Program-made: the position numbers and the translations under genes
In this document: positions 36,104-50,045 of the stretch, piece by piece
How positions within the stretch are numbered: position 1 is the stretch's first letter
How the letters are laid out: each line of letters opens with the position of its first letter
NCBI GenBank assembly: GCA_020891255.1
Contig: BQFW01000003.1
Span: 1,116,001-1,180,000, forward strand
Source: Entomortierella parvispora E1425
Lineage: Eukaryota > Fungi > Mortierellomycota
Length of the DNA: 64,000 nt
Reading direction: 5' to 3'
Notes under the pieces: model-generated
What the model saw: the letters and a program-made list of their open reading frames with translations, nothing else
Databases searched by the model: none
Told to the model about the DNA's origin: nothing

Positions 36104-38743
36104 CTAATTCCATTGTGACCAGTGCTCATCTTCGTCTTCCTCATAGTCCTCCTCATCCGACCCGCTAATATCTATATGCTGGTTTTGTTCTCTCATCCAA
36201 ATCAAATGGATCCGACGCGCTTCAGCAACTGGAGCGGTAATTCTAGTAGGGCGAGAGATGGGGCCAAGATGGTCGTCACTGTCACTAATCTCGACGTCAT
36301 CTTCGTCCTTAATCACGATGTCATCTTCGTCCTCTTCACTGCCTCCCGCAACATTATTACGGTCATCCACTAGACCCAAGTGCTTCAATTTTGGCCAAAC
36401 TTCTACCATAGCCATAACCTCGGCCATGCCAATACGCGTTGCCATCTGATGCAGGCCAATGGACTCGATATTCCGTGCACCTCTCAAGAAGAGACCCAAT
36501 CCACTATCCAAGCTCCATTCCAACGATAGATCTTGATACCGTGGACCTACTTCGTAGTGCCTGGAAACCCGAGACCCATACATCATAAGGCGCTGTTCTC
36601 GTAGACTGGTTTCCACGTGGTGAGTGTGTTCCTTGCTCCCGTGACAACGACAATGAGATTCGCCTTCGGGCAAATAAGAGTGCCGGTAACCTTGCTCGCC
36701 ATAATTGTCCGATAGAGACGGTGCCATATCCAAAAAATCGACTACCCGCCTTTGGTTTCTATCAGGCACCCAGTTCGACGGGCCGTTGTAACCTAACCGA
36801 AGAACCTTTAGGCGCTTCAGCTGACCCAGTTGTCGATAGACTACCCTTTGATCCTCTCGAGATTCTTCAAGCACCTTGAGATGCAACTGATCTCGTGTGT
36901 GGTGGAGCTTCTTGGCTCTACCGCGTCTGGCACCATCCCTACCAGCCATTCCTACTCGAAGATCAGGCCGCGCCTTGCATTGAATTCGAAGGCATAGGAT
37001 CTCTAGGCCTAAACAGGCCCAGTTCGACTGTCCAATATCCCTGTCCTCGCAGTTAACGCCGCCAGCACTGCTACTGCGAGAATCTGACTCCATTGTAGAT
37101 TCAGTTCTAAAAATGGGTTTTTTCATATCAGTCACCAAGAGTATCGGATCTGTTGTGTCTGGAACTGAGCTCCCCGAGAGAGCCATCAAGATTCTCAGGG
37201 AGGGACAACTGCACAAGATTGTCTGTAAATCCATGCTTGTGAACGCGCCACAGCCCTCAATCTCGATCTTCTCTAGGAACCGCAGTCGAGGACAGATCAC
37301 AATCATATTCATTCCTGCGATGGCCAAGGCGTCCCTAAGCTTTGCTGATACCTCAAGCTCCTCCTTCGCGTCCATTAGCGAGGAAGCCGGCTGCGAAGCA
37401 GGTATGTAGGCTGTTGATGTCGAATCGAGGAACCGTCGCGGTCTGAGTTGTTCTCCTGTTCCCATAATCGCCATAATGGTCTCTCTACCCAGGTTTTTAG
37501 TATAGCTAAACCCAAGTTTTTTCCAGCCACGTCGAGATGTCAAGAGGATCGTCGCCAAACGTTGGTCCGGTACTTCGAAAACAAACGACGAGAACTCTTG
37601 GAGTCGAGGGCAATTCTCATAGAGGGTCCAGGCAAGCTCGGAGAGAACAGTCTCATCATATGGAACTTCTGTGGTCAGTCTCTCGAGTCGATGGCAGCGT
37701 CTCAAGAATGGAATAATAACGCTGGTAGATTCTTCGATGGTCTCCGAGTGGTAGACTCCAAGATCTTCCAAAGCATACTCCTCATTCTCTCCATTGAGAC
37801 GCCGCCTTTGCCAAAACTGTTGCCGTTGCTCGTCAGTCATAGGATCGTCCATATGCAAATTGCGGAACGAAAACTTCATTCGCTTCAGCCTTGGTGATAA
37901 TCCCTCCAGCAAGATTCTGCTGAGCCTTGCGCTGATCATCCCTGATCTGGGGCTAAGCATGTTCAACTCCTCCAGCAAGGGCAGATTTTCACGACAGATG
38001 GCTCGGATAGCTTGCTCAGACCAGTTCGGAAAGTTGAAGATTGTCAAAGATCGCAGGCCGCGGTTGATTCTCAAGAGATTCAAGAACGGATTCAGCTCTG
38101 GAGGATGGATCAGCAGTTGAACTGATCGCTTCAGCATCTGGGCGTGAAGAGAGTCCTCTTCCAACTCGGGATCAAAAGGCATTTGATAAGTGTAAGGAGG
38201 CTCTTCTGGATCCGGTTGAAAACTTCGAGTCTTGTATTCGTCGTCGTTGCTGTTTCCATTCCTTGAACGAGCAATCTGACCCATTAAGGTTCGTCTTGTC
38301 TTCTCATAAGAGTCGCGGGCCATCAGAGCCAAGCCCTGAAGAACAAACTGGTTCTGTAGAGGCAATCCGTAAAAGCCATCCTCCTCAGCAAAGTCGGCGA
38401 GCTCAATCTTTTGCAGTTGCTGAAACGGGATGTATTCAGGCTCACGAAAGAGATCTAGGATGGAGCTATACCTGGAGTAGAGGACCCTGGTATGATGGCC
38501 GTATCGAGCTAGGGCATCGACGACTTCAGGCGAAAAGAGAGACAGCTGAGCGTCGGCAGACCTGATCCGAATGGAGCGGTAGAGGGGCGGAATGAGGATC
38601 TGATGCCATGAACGGCAGACACGCACGGCGATGGAGAGATCACGGGATGAGAGGCAGCGCGCAATCAAGAGAAGGATCTCTGGGATTTCAAAGAGAGATG
38701 TGTTCTTTGATGGAGAGTGATCTGGTTGTAGCGAGGATTGCAT
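36104..38743 (-). CDS. F-box-like / RNI-type leucine-rich repeat protein
   Basis: N-terminal LFEIPEILLLIARCLSSRDLSIAVRVCRSWHQILIPPLY, followed by CPRLQEF, CPSLRIL, WACLGLEILCL, VYRQLGQLKRLKVLRLG and LEWSLDSGLGL. An alternative ATG is at 38800. Confidence 0.8.
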   Translation of the reverse strand: MQSSLQPDHSPSKNTSLFEIPEILLLIARCLSSRDLSIAVRVCRSWHQILIPPLYRSIRIRSADAQLSLFSPEVVDALARYGHHTRVLYSRYSSILDLFREPEYIPFQQLQKIELADFAEEDGFYGLPLQNQFVLQGLALMARDSYEKTRRTLMGQIARSRNGNSNDDEYKTRSFQPDPEEPPYTYQMPFDPELEEDSLHAQMLKRSVQLLIHPPELNPFLNLLRINRGLRSLTIFNFPNWSEQAIRAICRENLPLLEELNMLSPRSGMISARLSRILLEGLSPRLKRMKFSFRNLHMDDPMTDEQRQQFWQRRRLNGENEEYALEDLGVYHSETIEESTSVIIPFLRRCHRLERLTTEVPYDETVLSELAWTLYENCPRLQEFSSFVFEVPDQRLATILLTSRRGWKKLGFSYTKNLGRETIMAIMGTGEQLRPRRFLDSTSTAYIPASQPASSLMDAKEELEVSAKLRDALAIAGMNMIVICPRLRFLEKIEIEGCGAFTSMDLQTILCSCPSLRILMALSGSSVPDTTDPILLVTDMKKPIFRTESTMESDSRSSSAGGVNCEDRDIGQSNWACLGLEILCLRIQCKARPDLRVGMAGRDGARRGRAKKLHHTRDQLHLKVLEESREDQRVVYRQLGQLKRLKVLRLGYNGPSNWVPDRNQRRVVDFLDMAPSLSDNYGEQGYRHSYLPEGESHCRCHGSKEHTHHVETSLREQRLMMYGSRVSRHYEVGPRYQDLSLEWSLDSGLGLFLRGARNIESIGLHQMATRIGMAEVMAMVEVWPKLKHLGLVDDRNNVAGGSEEDEDDIVIKDEDDVEISDSDDHLGPISRPTRITAPVAEARRIHLIWMREQNQHIDISGSDEEDYEEDEDEHWSQWN

Positions 38744-39337
38744 TGTGGGGGTGAGGGTAAGGGAAGGGGATGAGAAAGATGAGAAAGAGAGCGGTGTCAT
38801 TGAGAATGCAGCCTAGCCCACTCGAGATCAGCGCAAAGGGGGTCCCCGGCCAACAGGTACATCCCCTGGCGTATCCATTGATAAGCATCTCAACGATGCA
38901 GCACTGCAGCGATTCGCTGTGTCTGTCCGACGCGTGTGCGAGAGACGCGCGAAACGATCGTTCCTTCGTTCCTGGCACGGTGCGCGACCATGACGCCCTT
39001 GTCCCATCGCTGCCACAATATCCTTCCTTGCACCGCCCCGCCTCGCCTTCTTCAAAGGGCCCCTGCTTCCAGGAGAACACACGACTTTCTTCTGGAGGCA
39101 AAGCAGGTCACCATCTCAAAAATACCTCAACCTCCCTTTACTGCTATCCAGTGTGTTGACATTCTCTCTTCTCCTCCCACGCCCTGGACATTAGATCAAT
39201 GGACAATGGCAAAGCAGTTTGGGGCAAGATGGAAAAGACCTATAAAAGCAACAGCTTCTCTATCGAATGGCAGACCTCCACTTTTCCCATTTCACTGTTC
39301 CCTCAACTTTTCTCTGTGCCACGCCACGTAACGAGTC

Positions 39338-39995
39338 ATGATTGTAAGATCAACAATGGGTTGTCCATGCGACCTGACGAACCGCTCTCTCACATTCTAT
39401 CAAAAAAAATTACATCTTCCCTTTAGAACGAGCTCTCTTCATTGCGTGGCGCCTCGACCTCCACACAAAAAGCCGAGCCAAGTGTCGAGTGCAAAGGTGC
39501 AAACAAAAAGCTTCGTGAAGACAAGCTCCATTATATTATCTACAAGCTCTCAGACGACAAGACGTCTATCCAGGTCGATGTCGAAGGCACCACCGTTATC
39601 TATGACACCTTCTTGAACGACCTTCCTCCAAACGAATGCCGGTGGGCTGTTTACGGGATTGACAGTTCTAGACATAGACGGCAATCCACAGCCTACCTCA
39701 TTTTTTTCACCTGGTGAGTCTTTTTTTTTTTTTTTTTCTTTTTTCTTTTGCAGCCCTTGGCGTGTGAGAGGTCAACTGATGACAAAGTAAAGCGAGCTCA
39801 CTATTCATCATCTTTTTTTTTTCTTTCTTTTGTGCGCCAACTAGGACACCAAGCGGAGCCTCAGCCAAATCCAAGATGGACTATGCAGCCAATACCGACG
39901 TGGTCAAGGGAACCTGGAAGCGGATCGACGTGGCGATCGAATGCTCCAGTGTCGAGGAGATTGGCTATAGAAAGCTCATGGAACATTTGTGTTAA
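39338..39995 (+). CDS. Divergent cofilin/ADF-H protein (147 aa)
   Basis: Exons 39338-39343, 39427-39713 and 39845-39995 splice in frame. Motifs YIIYKLSDDKT, DLPPNECRWAVY, FFTW|TPSGASAKSKMDYA. Confidence 0.8.
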
Positions 39996-40410
39996 TCGTC
40001 GTCCAGTCCCCATTCTTGAGGAGGGGATATTCAGCGTGGACTTTTTTTTTTTTTAATTGATTGTCCTATGGAGAGGTTTATGAAAGCATCATCATTGCGG
40101 CGATACCATGGAGGATTAAAAATTATCGATAGCTTTCATAAAATCTCACTTCAATGAAGAAGGGGCTGATAGAGGTCAAACAAGGGTTGTGCGAATCTGT
40201 GAATTGTGTTCTTCAGTCGCAATCGCAGCCGCCACATCCATACAAATCGCTTCGAGTACTGAAACAGATTAGATAATAGCAAGCGCGAATATATAATTTT
40301 TTAATAGTGGACTTGAGTTGTCCAAAAAGATGATGAAAGGGAAACAAAAAAACAGAAAAATAAAAGAAGCAAGAGAATAAAAATACTAACATAGAGACCT
40401 AGCCAAGTCT

Positions 40411-43400
40411 TTACTCGTCATCAACAGTACCGAGGTTCAAACCACCAACAGAGTTGACCTCTGCATCTTCCTCCAGAGCGTCAGCATCTTCCTGTCCGTG
40501 CAATTGCTCCAACTTGGCACGCTCATTCAAAGCCAACTTGGACAAGATACGGCGGTGGTAATCTGTCAACGTCTTGCTGGCAGTAGTATCGATGGAGCCC
40601 AAGTACGTCTGGTACACACTGTCGTCATTCTGCAACTGCAAAGCGAACAGCAATGCACGCTCCGCAGCCAGCTTGATTGGAATAACACGCTCGCGGACTG
40701 AGGTCATCATCAATGGCACAATCTCATGCAGATGAGGTTGCACCAGGTAGGGAGTCTGGCGCGAGACAGCACGCAAGCAGACCAAGATCAAACGCTTGGA
40801 CTCCACATTGACGTCCATCGTCAGGAACGTCGCCAACTTCTTGATCAACTCGCCCATCAATTCCTGGTCGACCTGGTAAGACTCGTTCGTGATCATCTTG
40901 CCGATAGCCAACACAGCTGCGGTGGAACTGCTCTCGATGGGGTTGGGGATGGCCGCCAAAGCGGCGTTGGCAACTTCCTGCACATGACCCGTCTCAATAA
41001 AGAGTTGAGGCGACTCTACAAGGACGGAGTTGATTGCCAACATGGCTCCGCTCAATGGTACGTTCTCGCCCAAGATCTGGGTCTGGATAACGTAACCAGC
41101 CTCCTCAGGCGACTGATGTTTGCAGAAAGCACCAAGCAACTTGGCAGAGGCCAACCACATGGATTCTATTCGTTTGAAAAATATAAAATAAAGAGATGTT
41201 AGCGATTAGGAACAACAGCAACAAAAAAAAAAAAAAAAAAAAAAAGGGCAGGTCAAGTTCTTACCAGGGTTGCTAGACTCCATGCCCTCCATGACAACAC
41301 CCATGACGGCGCGCTTGGCAACATCGGACATGCCAGCGCCAATCTTGCTGACAACGCTCTCCAAAGCACCCATGACAGTCTCCTTGACGCCAGCCTCACT
41401 GGACTTGATACCTGCAACCAACTCCGTGACCAAAGGATCCACTCTGGACTGCAACGAGATCAAAATGCTCAAGGCAGCGGCAGCACGGGTACGGACAGTG
41501 GCCGAAGTAGGATCTGTCAAAGACTTGATAAAGGTGCGCTGCAACTGAGGCAAGAAAGGCTTCAAGTGAGCAGGGACCTTCTGGAGAAGCAAGCTAAGAA
41601 ATAAACAATTTCGAGATATTAGTTGCAAATTTCAAAAAAGAATGAACACATTGTAGACAGGGAGGTTATTTACCTCAAAGTACTCAAGATAGCACTCTTG
41701 ACCTCGCCTGTATGACGGTCTCCAACAATACGAATCAAAGGACCGGTGATCTGAGTGACAAATGGCTTCAAAGCATCGGCAGAGGTACGCTGGATCAAGT
41801 CACCAATGGCCAAAGCAGAAGCCTCACGGATCGAGTTGGATCCGTTCATGAGACCCTGCAAGAAGATGGGCAACAAGGGGGCAATACCCTTGGGCAAGCA
41901 GAAGCCAGGCAAGTCCACACCGGCCATACCGACAGCGCGGACAGAGCGACGAACAGACTGTACCAATCCCTCGAGCTCGTCCTTGCGGACAGTGCGAGTG
42001 ACGGCATTCAATGCAGCCAAAGCGGCAACAACGACGGCGTGAGTACGATCGTCCAAGAGGTTGATCAATACACGGATCCAGTCAGAAACATAGCGAGAAA
42101 TATCCTGAGTCGACTCGGCGCAGAATGTGGCCAAGATGTTGCATCCGGAAGCACGCTTGGCAGCATCCTCAGACTTGACCAACTCGAACAACATCATCAT
42201 CAACGTGTGAGCGCCATCTGCATTGTCAATAGACTGCAAAAGCGCGCAAATAGTCGACTCCAAAGCCTCGAGCGTGTCTTCGTCGGTCTCGATAATCTGT
42301 GACTGAATCAATGCAGCCAAAATGTTGGTGAGGCGGCGGTTCAAGGCAGTTCCGGCAACAGACACCAACGATCCCAAAGCACGGGCGTTGAAGGCTGTGA
42401 TGGGCTGGGCAATCAGAGTGGGGATCAAGACTGGGAACACAACGTTGGAACGAACAGCCATAATCTCCTTGAGACCCTCCAAAGCATACTCCGACTTGTC
42501 GCCAGTGTGAAGGTTAGCCAACAACGAAGGCAGAATCTCATCAATGGCCTTGGGGCCAACGCACTGGTGAAGGGTATCGAACGCCTGGGCAGCAGCCTCA
42601 CGGACATCGGCAGACTCATCCAAGAGAGCCTTGCGGACAGCAGGGATGATCGAGTCCACGTAATCGGTCACATGGACCTTGCCAGCAGTTGCCATGATCT
42701 CGGAGAGACCAATGCAAACACCCTGGCGGGTATCGCTCTCGGGACTCTCCAAACCAGCCTCCAAGATGGGGATAATCTCGGAAAGGACAGCCTCTCCAAG
42801 CTTGCGGACCAAATCTCCCAAAGTACGGGCAGCAACCATACGACGATCGTAAGAAGTCGAAGCCAGGTTCCGGATAATCATGGACATGATCGTGGGCAAG
42901 ATCTCTCTCAAAGTACGAGGAGTGTTAGTAACCAAAGACTTCCAGACAGTGAGCGAAGCCTGGCGAACAATGGCCGAACCATCCGCGCGGACAATGTAGA
43001 GCGAGGCCAAGACACGGTCTCTGCGATCCCGTCCAAGAACCTCCAAAAGCTTCCTGCGAATATCGTCCGAGCGACCAAACTCCTCGGGAGCGTCCTCCTC
43101 ACCCTCATCCTCACCGCTGCCAGCCTGTTTGCTGGTGCCTGTGATACGGAACAAAAGATCACCCATAAGTTGCACAGACGACTGACGAATACGCCAGTTG
43201 TCGTCGAACAATCCACGCTCAAGCTCGGGCAAGAGCAGATCGACAGCCTTGGTGGCATAGTTGTTAATGATCATCTGACCAGCCTTCAACGAAGCCTCAC
43301 GCACGTACTCAGATTCGTCGGCAAGACCCATAAGAATAGGGGGAATGATACGTCCCAGGTATGGCTGGAAGCGCTGACCAAAGGTGGCGGGCAAGTACAC

Positions 43401-46400
43401 GAGCAAAGAGATGAAACCCTCACGAATGTAGGCCTTGCTGGAATCCGTGTTGATGATAATCTCGGGCAAGAGACCCTCCAAACGTTCCAAACCAAGACCA
43501 GCCAAGACCTCAGAAAGACCTTGGGCAGCTCCTTGACGATCGACACCAGAAGTATCGGACTTGAGTGTGTCGACGAGCTCATGGACAAGATCGGGAAAGT
43601 TGGTCTCTCCCAATTTCTCAACAAGAGTTCCAAGAGCCTTGGCGGCGGTAGCACGCGCATCGGGGACGGGATCAATCAAGACCTCCTTCACACCTGGCAA
43701 GAGACGAGGCAGGTAAGGAATCAGGTCCTTCTGATCGGTCAAAGAAGCCATGTTTCCAACAATCTGCGAAGCCTTCTTCTTGATATCTGTGGCTCTCTCG
43801 CGAAGACCACGCTCCAAGATGGGCATGACCAAGGCCAGAGAAGGCGAGTCGATGTAATGGACGAACGAGGTTCCCAACAAGGCAGTCAAGGCGGGATGAG
43901 TCTTGGTGTTGGGGTCGCAGAGGGCAGCCATCATGATGGGGACAAGATCCTGGATTTCTGGGTTCGAGATAACATTTCCGAACTGAGTCAACGCCAAGCG
44001 AGCGGCATCCTGGACGGCAGTGTGGGAATCAGTAAGAACATCAGAAAGACGAGGAATAATGGTGGGCAAAGAGACTGAGAGCTGCTTGGGGGCCAAGAAG
44101 GCCATGGATCCCAAAAGCTCAACAGAACCCTTCTTGGTACGCCACTGACGGTCATCCAAACCTGCCATCAAAGAGGGCATGATCAGCTTGACACAATGTC
44201 CCGAGAGTTTGCCCATGATAGCACGCGAAGTATCGGCAGTGGCTTGACGGACATCGGTGACAGAGTCACCAAAGCAAACCAGCAGTAAGGGCAAGATCTG
44301 GATAACATAGGGCTCGAAGAGACGGCCCAAAGTCTGTGACAATGTCTCAAAGGCAATCATGGCACCCTCACGAGCATGAGGGTCCTTCTTGTCGTCAACA
44401 GCAGCCTTGAGAGAAGCCATAACAGAAAACTCCTTGAGGGAAGAAATACCACGTCCCTTGATGACACCGGCAAGACCGTAGGCAGCACCGCGACGCTCAG
44501 AGTACTTATTGGAGTGAAAGGTCTTGTCCATCAAGTCCTTAATAAGTCCAGGAACCTGATCAGGGATGCTCTTGACCAAGCCAGGCAAGCAGTTGGCAAC
44601 GGCGACCTGAACGGGCTCCGATGGAGTCTTCAAGGTCTCAATCAACTTTTGAACAGCAGAGGGAATCTTGGGGGAGGAAGCATCCAAATGACGAGCGAGA
44701 GCACCAAACAAAATAACGGCCGACTCACGAATGCGATCCTGAGTCTCCGAGTTGCGAGCAGGTTCAGAGAGATAGTTCTCAAAGACGGGAATGAGCGAGT
44801 GCACATTCTCGGCACCATGGGCGGTGATCATGGCCAAACCAGCATCCAGCATACCCTGTCGAACATCTCCACTGCGGTCGCCCAAAGCCTCCTGACGAAT
44901 CAAGAACTCGGCAAAAGGCTGCAAGTCAGCGGCAGTCATCATGGGCGCAATGTTCTTCAAAGCCATGGAGAGACCAAAACGTTGGTCAGCGGGATCCTGG
45001 CGGTTCAAGGACTCTTGAATGACCAAACCAAACTCGTTGTACTGGGGAACAATAGGCTGAGCCTTATCGTGGTAAAGCATGTAGATGGCGTTCAGGGTGG
45101 CAGTGACAGTGTCGGGATAAAGCTTGACAGCACCGGCAATGGCCTTTCCGGCGGCTTGGCGGACAAAGCCATTCTGGTGAACGACGAAGGGAAGGAGAGC
45201 ATCGGCATAGGTAGGCTCGACTTCCATTCCGTTATCCTCCCAAAGCTCAAAAGCCAGCTTGGCGTTGGTAGTATCGTCGTCGTAGCAGGCAGTCCAAAGC
45301 TCACGAGAAAAGTCAATGATAGTCAACTCCAAAGGCTCCAAAGCTCCAAGCGCAGCGTGACGGACCAATGACTCATTGTACAAAAGTCCTCCGAGAAGGG
45401 TGTTAATCTCATCTAAGGTAGCAGTTTCACCCATAGAGTGAGAAAGGTCGCCCAAGGAGGTACGGGCAGTCTTGGCAAGCTGAGGATATTCCTTGATGAT
45501 GGAGAGTAATGAATCAATCATTTCCTTCCTAGGCAAAGAATCGGATGCACCAGAAAGAGCATGGTATGAAAGAATGTCGACGGCAATCTGGACCTGTTCC
45601 TGCGAGACTTCCTTGGCGTCAGCAGCGGACTTGTCAGCACTGACGATACCACCATTCTGAAGAATATAGTGAAGCAATGGGAAGCAGTAAGCGAAGCTCG
45701 AAGGGAGCAAGGCCTGCTTCTCGGTCACGAAACGAAGGCGGTAAAGGACACGCGAAGCCAAATCTTCCAGAGGTTCCTCCAACCAGTTCTCAGGGACCTC
45801 TTTCACATCCAGACAGCGCAAGGTAGCAAGAGCAAGAGGTTCACGAATGTTATCGAGGCGATCAGATACGCAACGTCCCAAGGCGAGGTAGGTGTCAACA
45901 GCAACGGGACCGACCAAAGGTCCGCCGCGCTTAACAACACCGTTCAACAAAAGTCGCACGAGTTCCACAAGTCTGCTGGTCAATTCCTCAGAGTTGCCGT
46001 TGACAAGAGCACGGATAATAGCCAAGCCGCGCATAAGGTGAACGTAGGTGTTTTGAACATTCTTGCGAATGTTAGACTCCTTTGTAAGCTGAGCGTCCAC
46101 CGTTGCCTGTTCATCCTTTGTAAGTTTGGGTGTTGAGGGGGAGGTGGTAGTAGGCGCCTTCTTCTTGGAGGCCAACGCCTGGCGAATGTCGCGGTTGAAC
46201 TTTTGTTCGTCAAAGACGGGCTTTCGATCGGCTCCTCCCTGCTTCTTCATGCCCTTCAATACATCCACAAAGAGCTCGCCTTCGGGATGCTTCCAAATGC
46301 CGACTTCCTGCTCTCCAATGTTGTCCAGCAACTTGGCGTCCAAATCCTCTTCCACGTGGCTCAAAAAGGTAGGAATCATGGTGGAAGGTGAGATGAAGAC

Positions 46401-49243
46401 CAAGCTGGAAATAGTAGACATGGCAGCCTTGTACATCAAAGGTGAAGTAGACTCGAGGCTGGCAGCTTCCATGACCAATTGTTCGATACGATCCTCGCGT
46501 TCAGACACAAGTCGTCCAGGATCCAATCGAGAGCGTTGCACCATGCTCATCCAGTCGTACTTCTTGTTAGGGGAGGCGATGGCTTCGTGATGAGATAACA
46601 CAAGAAGATCGGTTGCGACATCGGCCATCACAGTTTGGTCGACATCAGCATTGTAGGTGGTAATGGCGGACAGGATTTCTGAGAGGCGGTAAGCAGCAAT
46701 GTGGGGGTCCGAGGAGATGTTGGCAGCAGCCAAGGATGGCGTAGAATCCTTGACAGGAGTCTCCAAGAGAGAAACCCAACGAACTAGGGAGTCCTTGATA
46801 AGGGCGCCGACAGTCTTTGGGTCTTTGGCCGCACAGCGTTGAAGAGCACGGAATGCCTCCTTGCGAGCATCAGCGAAGGGCGAAGCAGAGGCCGAGTAGA
46901 CAAATCCTGTTCCGATAGCCAGCTTAGCTTCCTCACTCAAACCCTTTTCGGCAACTAGGGCCTCAAGAGCATGCACAAACCAGACACCCTCCTCGGAAGT
47001 AGTCAACTTGGTGTAGACCTTGTCAAACAAAACCAAAGATGGCTTAGGTGACACCACCAGTGCAGACTTGATGAGTTGCTGAGCTGATGCGTCCCCAGAC
47101 TGGGAGAGACGGTATGCTGCAGCCACTGCGACGTAGCCCTCCAAAGGACCGTCCTTGAAAGTCAAAGGTGCCTTTTGAATATTGTTGAACGAGGCAATCA
47201 ATGGAGCCAAAAACAAGGAAACGTTCTTCACAGATCCTTGAGCATAGTCGCCTATTTATGAACAAAGGAATGGTTAGATTTAACCCATGGGGAGAAACAT
47301 AGTCATCGCAAAGCTCACGCACCATTCCAGATAAGTTCTCCCATGCCACGAGCCCAGGTCTTTCTGAGAGAGGCACGGGGGCTGGCAAGTGCAGCAACAC
47401 CGGCCTTGACACTAGTGGTGACTTCGGCGCTGTTGCTTTCAGAAGCCAAAAGAACCTTCAGGTGCAACAGAGCGGCATCAATTCCAAAAGTGACGGCAGT
47501 TTCGTTTGTTTCCTTGGCAGTCATAGTAGTCAAACCCTGAAGAGCCTTCGCTGATACAGTATCCGATTTGGCAGCAGCTGTGTTTCCAAGACAGTCGAAA
47601 AAGATTCCGCGATGATCAGGCGAGGAAACCTTTCCGGTGGTAAGCAACTTTGTCATTTCTGTGACAACCTTCAGCACGTCCTCCTCGATCTTGCTCCTTC
47701 TTGCCAACTCCTTGAACAGGGCGATAGCCGAGGTCCTGACAGACTCCGATGTCGAGCGCAGTCCGTTCAACAAGGGGTCCTGCAGAGATGAGCTGAAAAT
47801 AGGCGACGGGTCGAATGAGAGGGATTTGACAAGGTTGACCAACACTATAATAAAAAAAAAAGTCTTATTAGCTGCGAGAACTTTCAATTAGAATTAGCAT
47901 CCATAGAGGTACGGGAAGAGCATATCATACAGGCAAACACAATTTCTGGAGCACGGAGGCAGAGTCGTTCAATAGTGGGGAGGAAGTCTGACTTGAACAG
48001 GTCCAATGTGACATAGTTCTGAATGAAATCGTTGAACGCGGCCTATTTTGAAAATTAAAGCTGGATCAGTCCTGTGGTTTACATTGGTATCAAGAATCCG
48101 TTCACACTGTGCAAAAGACGGCTTCTTACAGAGCAGCGGACAGGAACAGCCTGCTTAGAGGACACAAGATTTGTCAAGTAGTATTTGATAATGGCGTCCC
48201 GGTGCGTCGAAATATGGCTCTTTGCAACCTCGGACTTTTGCTTCAAACGCAATGCAACATCGACAACGGTGCCCAATAAAACAGAGTTGAGATAGGATGG
48301 TGTAGTTGAGGTCGAAGTCAAGTATTCGAAGTAGAGAGGGATCGATGAGGCATTCTAGATACAGCACAACATGAAATGAGTCAACATGGCAGATAGTTCT
48401 ATCGTAGTTGTGATAACTCTTGAATCAATTCAGTACCTTGCGAAGGGATCGTCTAACATCGCTGATGGATCCATGGGCGACGCTCTTCTTGGGTGCATCC
48501 ACAAGTCCGTCGATCAAAGAGGCCTGACAGGCAATCAGTGGCTTTGCAAATGGAGAGGGAGTTTCCGAAGCACCTTCAAGAACGCAGTTGATCAAGGTGT
48601 CGACCCAGGTGAGGAAAACAAAGCGAATGCTTGCTGCGGTAGCATACGAACTATGACCAAAATAAACAACTCGATGTTAGATTCTGGTCCAAGATGACTG
48701 ATGATCCAGGTATTGAGAATTTGGTGGCGTTGTCGAGTTCCCGAGCTGTTTCAAATGGGCACCCCTTCACTTACCCGTCAGGGCACTTGGAAGCCAACTT
48801 CTCAGACTCCTTTTGCACATTGGGGACAATGACGGCCAAGAATTCGCTCGCGTTCCAGGCGTGCAGCTCCTTCAGAATGTCCAGAACGGTGAGGCGAGAG
48901 GCTCTGTCATTGTAACGAGGGTATGCGAGAAACAACAAGTGGATCAAAACGGGCAACAGTTCCACGGGCAGGTCTATATTTCATCCAAGGGTAGATGTTA
49001 AAAGGCATGGAGGAGAAACGCGGCGAGGGAGGACTGCCAGTTATGCTTTCAGGCACAGGCACAAAACAACACGACGAGGGTGTGTGTACCTTTACGCTTG
49101 ATGCGAACGAGGAGCAAGTGCAGGAACTGAGTACGCTCACTAATGGAGGAAGTGGTGATCGTTGGGAGCACGGTCTCCTTGATGTACTGTGGCCATGTGT
49201 TCTCGGAGGGGTCATGCGACCCAGCGGATTCGGAGGCCTGCAT
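40411..49243 (-). CDS. GCN1: Translational activator GCN1 (HEAT repeats), multi-exon
   Basis: ERRGAAYGLAGVIKGRGI, AREGAMIAFE, LSGHCVKLIMPSL, WRTKKGSVELLGSMAFLAPKQLS, DRQGAAQGLSEVL, LKPFVTQITGPLIRIVGDR, FLPQLQRTFIKSL. Confidence 0.96.
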
Positions 49244-50045
49244 CAATGTCTGAATGTGAATCTCTGTTTGAATCTCTTTGGGAGAGAGAAGCGAGGGGAT
49301 GAAAAAAGCCGCTTCGGTCGATGTCCTCGTGTGAGTGGCGAGGGAGAGAAGAGGAAGGCGGGGAGGAAGGCGGGGAGGAGGGGGAGGTGGAGTAGAGAGT
49401 AGAGAGAGAGAAAGACAAAGAGACAAAGAAGGATCGCTCTTCCCGTTGCAAAGGTGATCGAGATCTCTAGCTTGCTGCGTCCTTTTTTTCCACAGGGAAA
49501 AAGTCCACTGGATCCATCAAGGTCAGTGTGGTTGAGTTGGTGGCTAAGCAGCCTTTGCTCGACGTACCTTTCGGTGACGTTCGCAATTTTTTTTGGATTT
49601 GCCACCAATTTTGGCCTATCGACTTCACGCGTTTCCTGCCCCTTCAGTCCTTTCAAGCCGTCCAAGAGAGACTCATGGATACACAACCAAGCTAAATCAA
49701 CACAACCAGTAACTCAAGGATGATATCTGGATCAAAGGAGACGAAGGGTGAGCATGGCAAGAATGGATACTGGCTCAAGGCTTCCACTCCAGTCGTTGGT
49801 CCAAGGGCAGTCACTTTACTGAGATCGCGTTTGTTCGTCCTTGGCTGTCAGAGCGTGCTCATCAGTCTCGCATGGAACACCTTGTCCCAATTCATTTTTC
49901 TTTTCGTTCATCGTTTCATCCACATCATCACCCCCCCTCCTACCTTTCGGTCCCCTGCCTCTGTTCATCCTGTCTACTCTCTCATCCCCAGGACACGGAC
50001 TGACTTGCATCAGTAACATTACTCGACCCCGCGGGACATTCCCTC

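Noticed and set aside
41712-46590. Long plus-strand ORFs (up to 523 aa) opposite GCN1
   Set aside because: Antisense shadows of a codon-biased gene. The same applies to shadow ORFs over the NACHT, OPT and NBAS genes.
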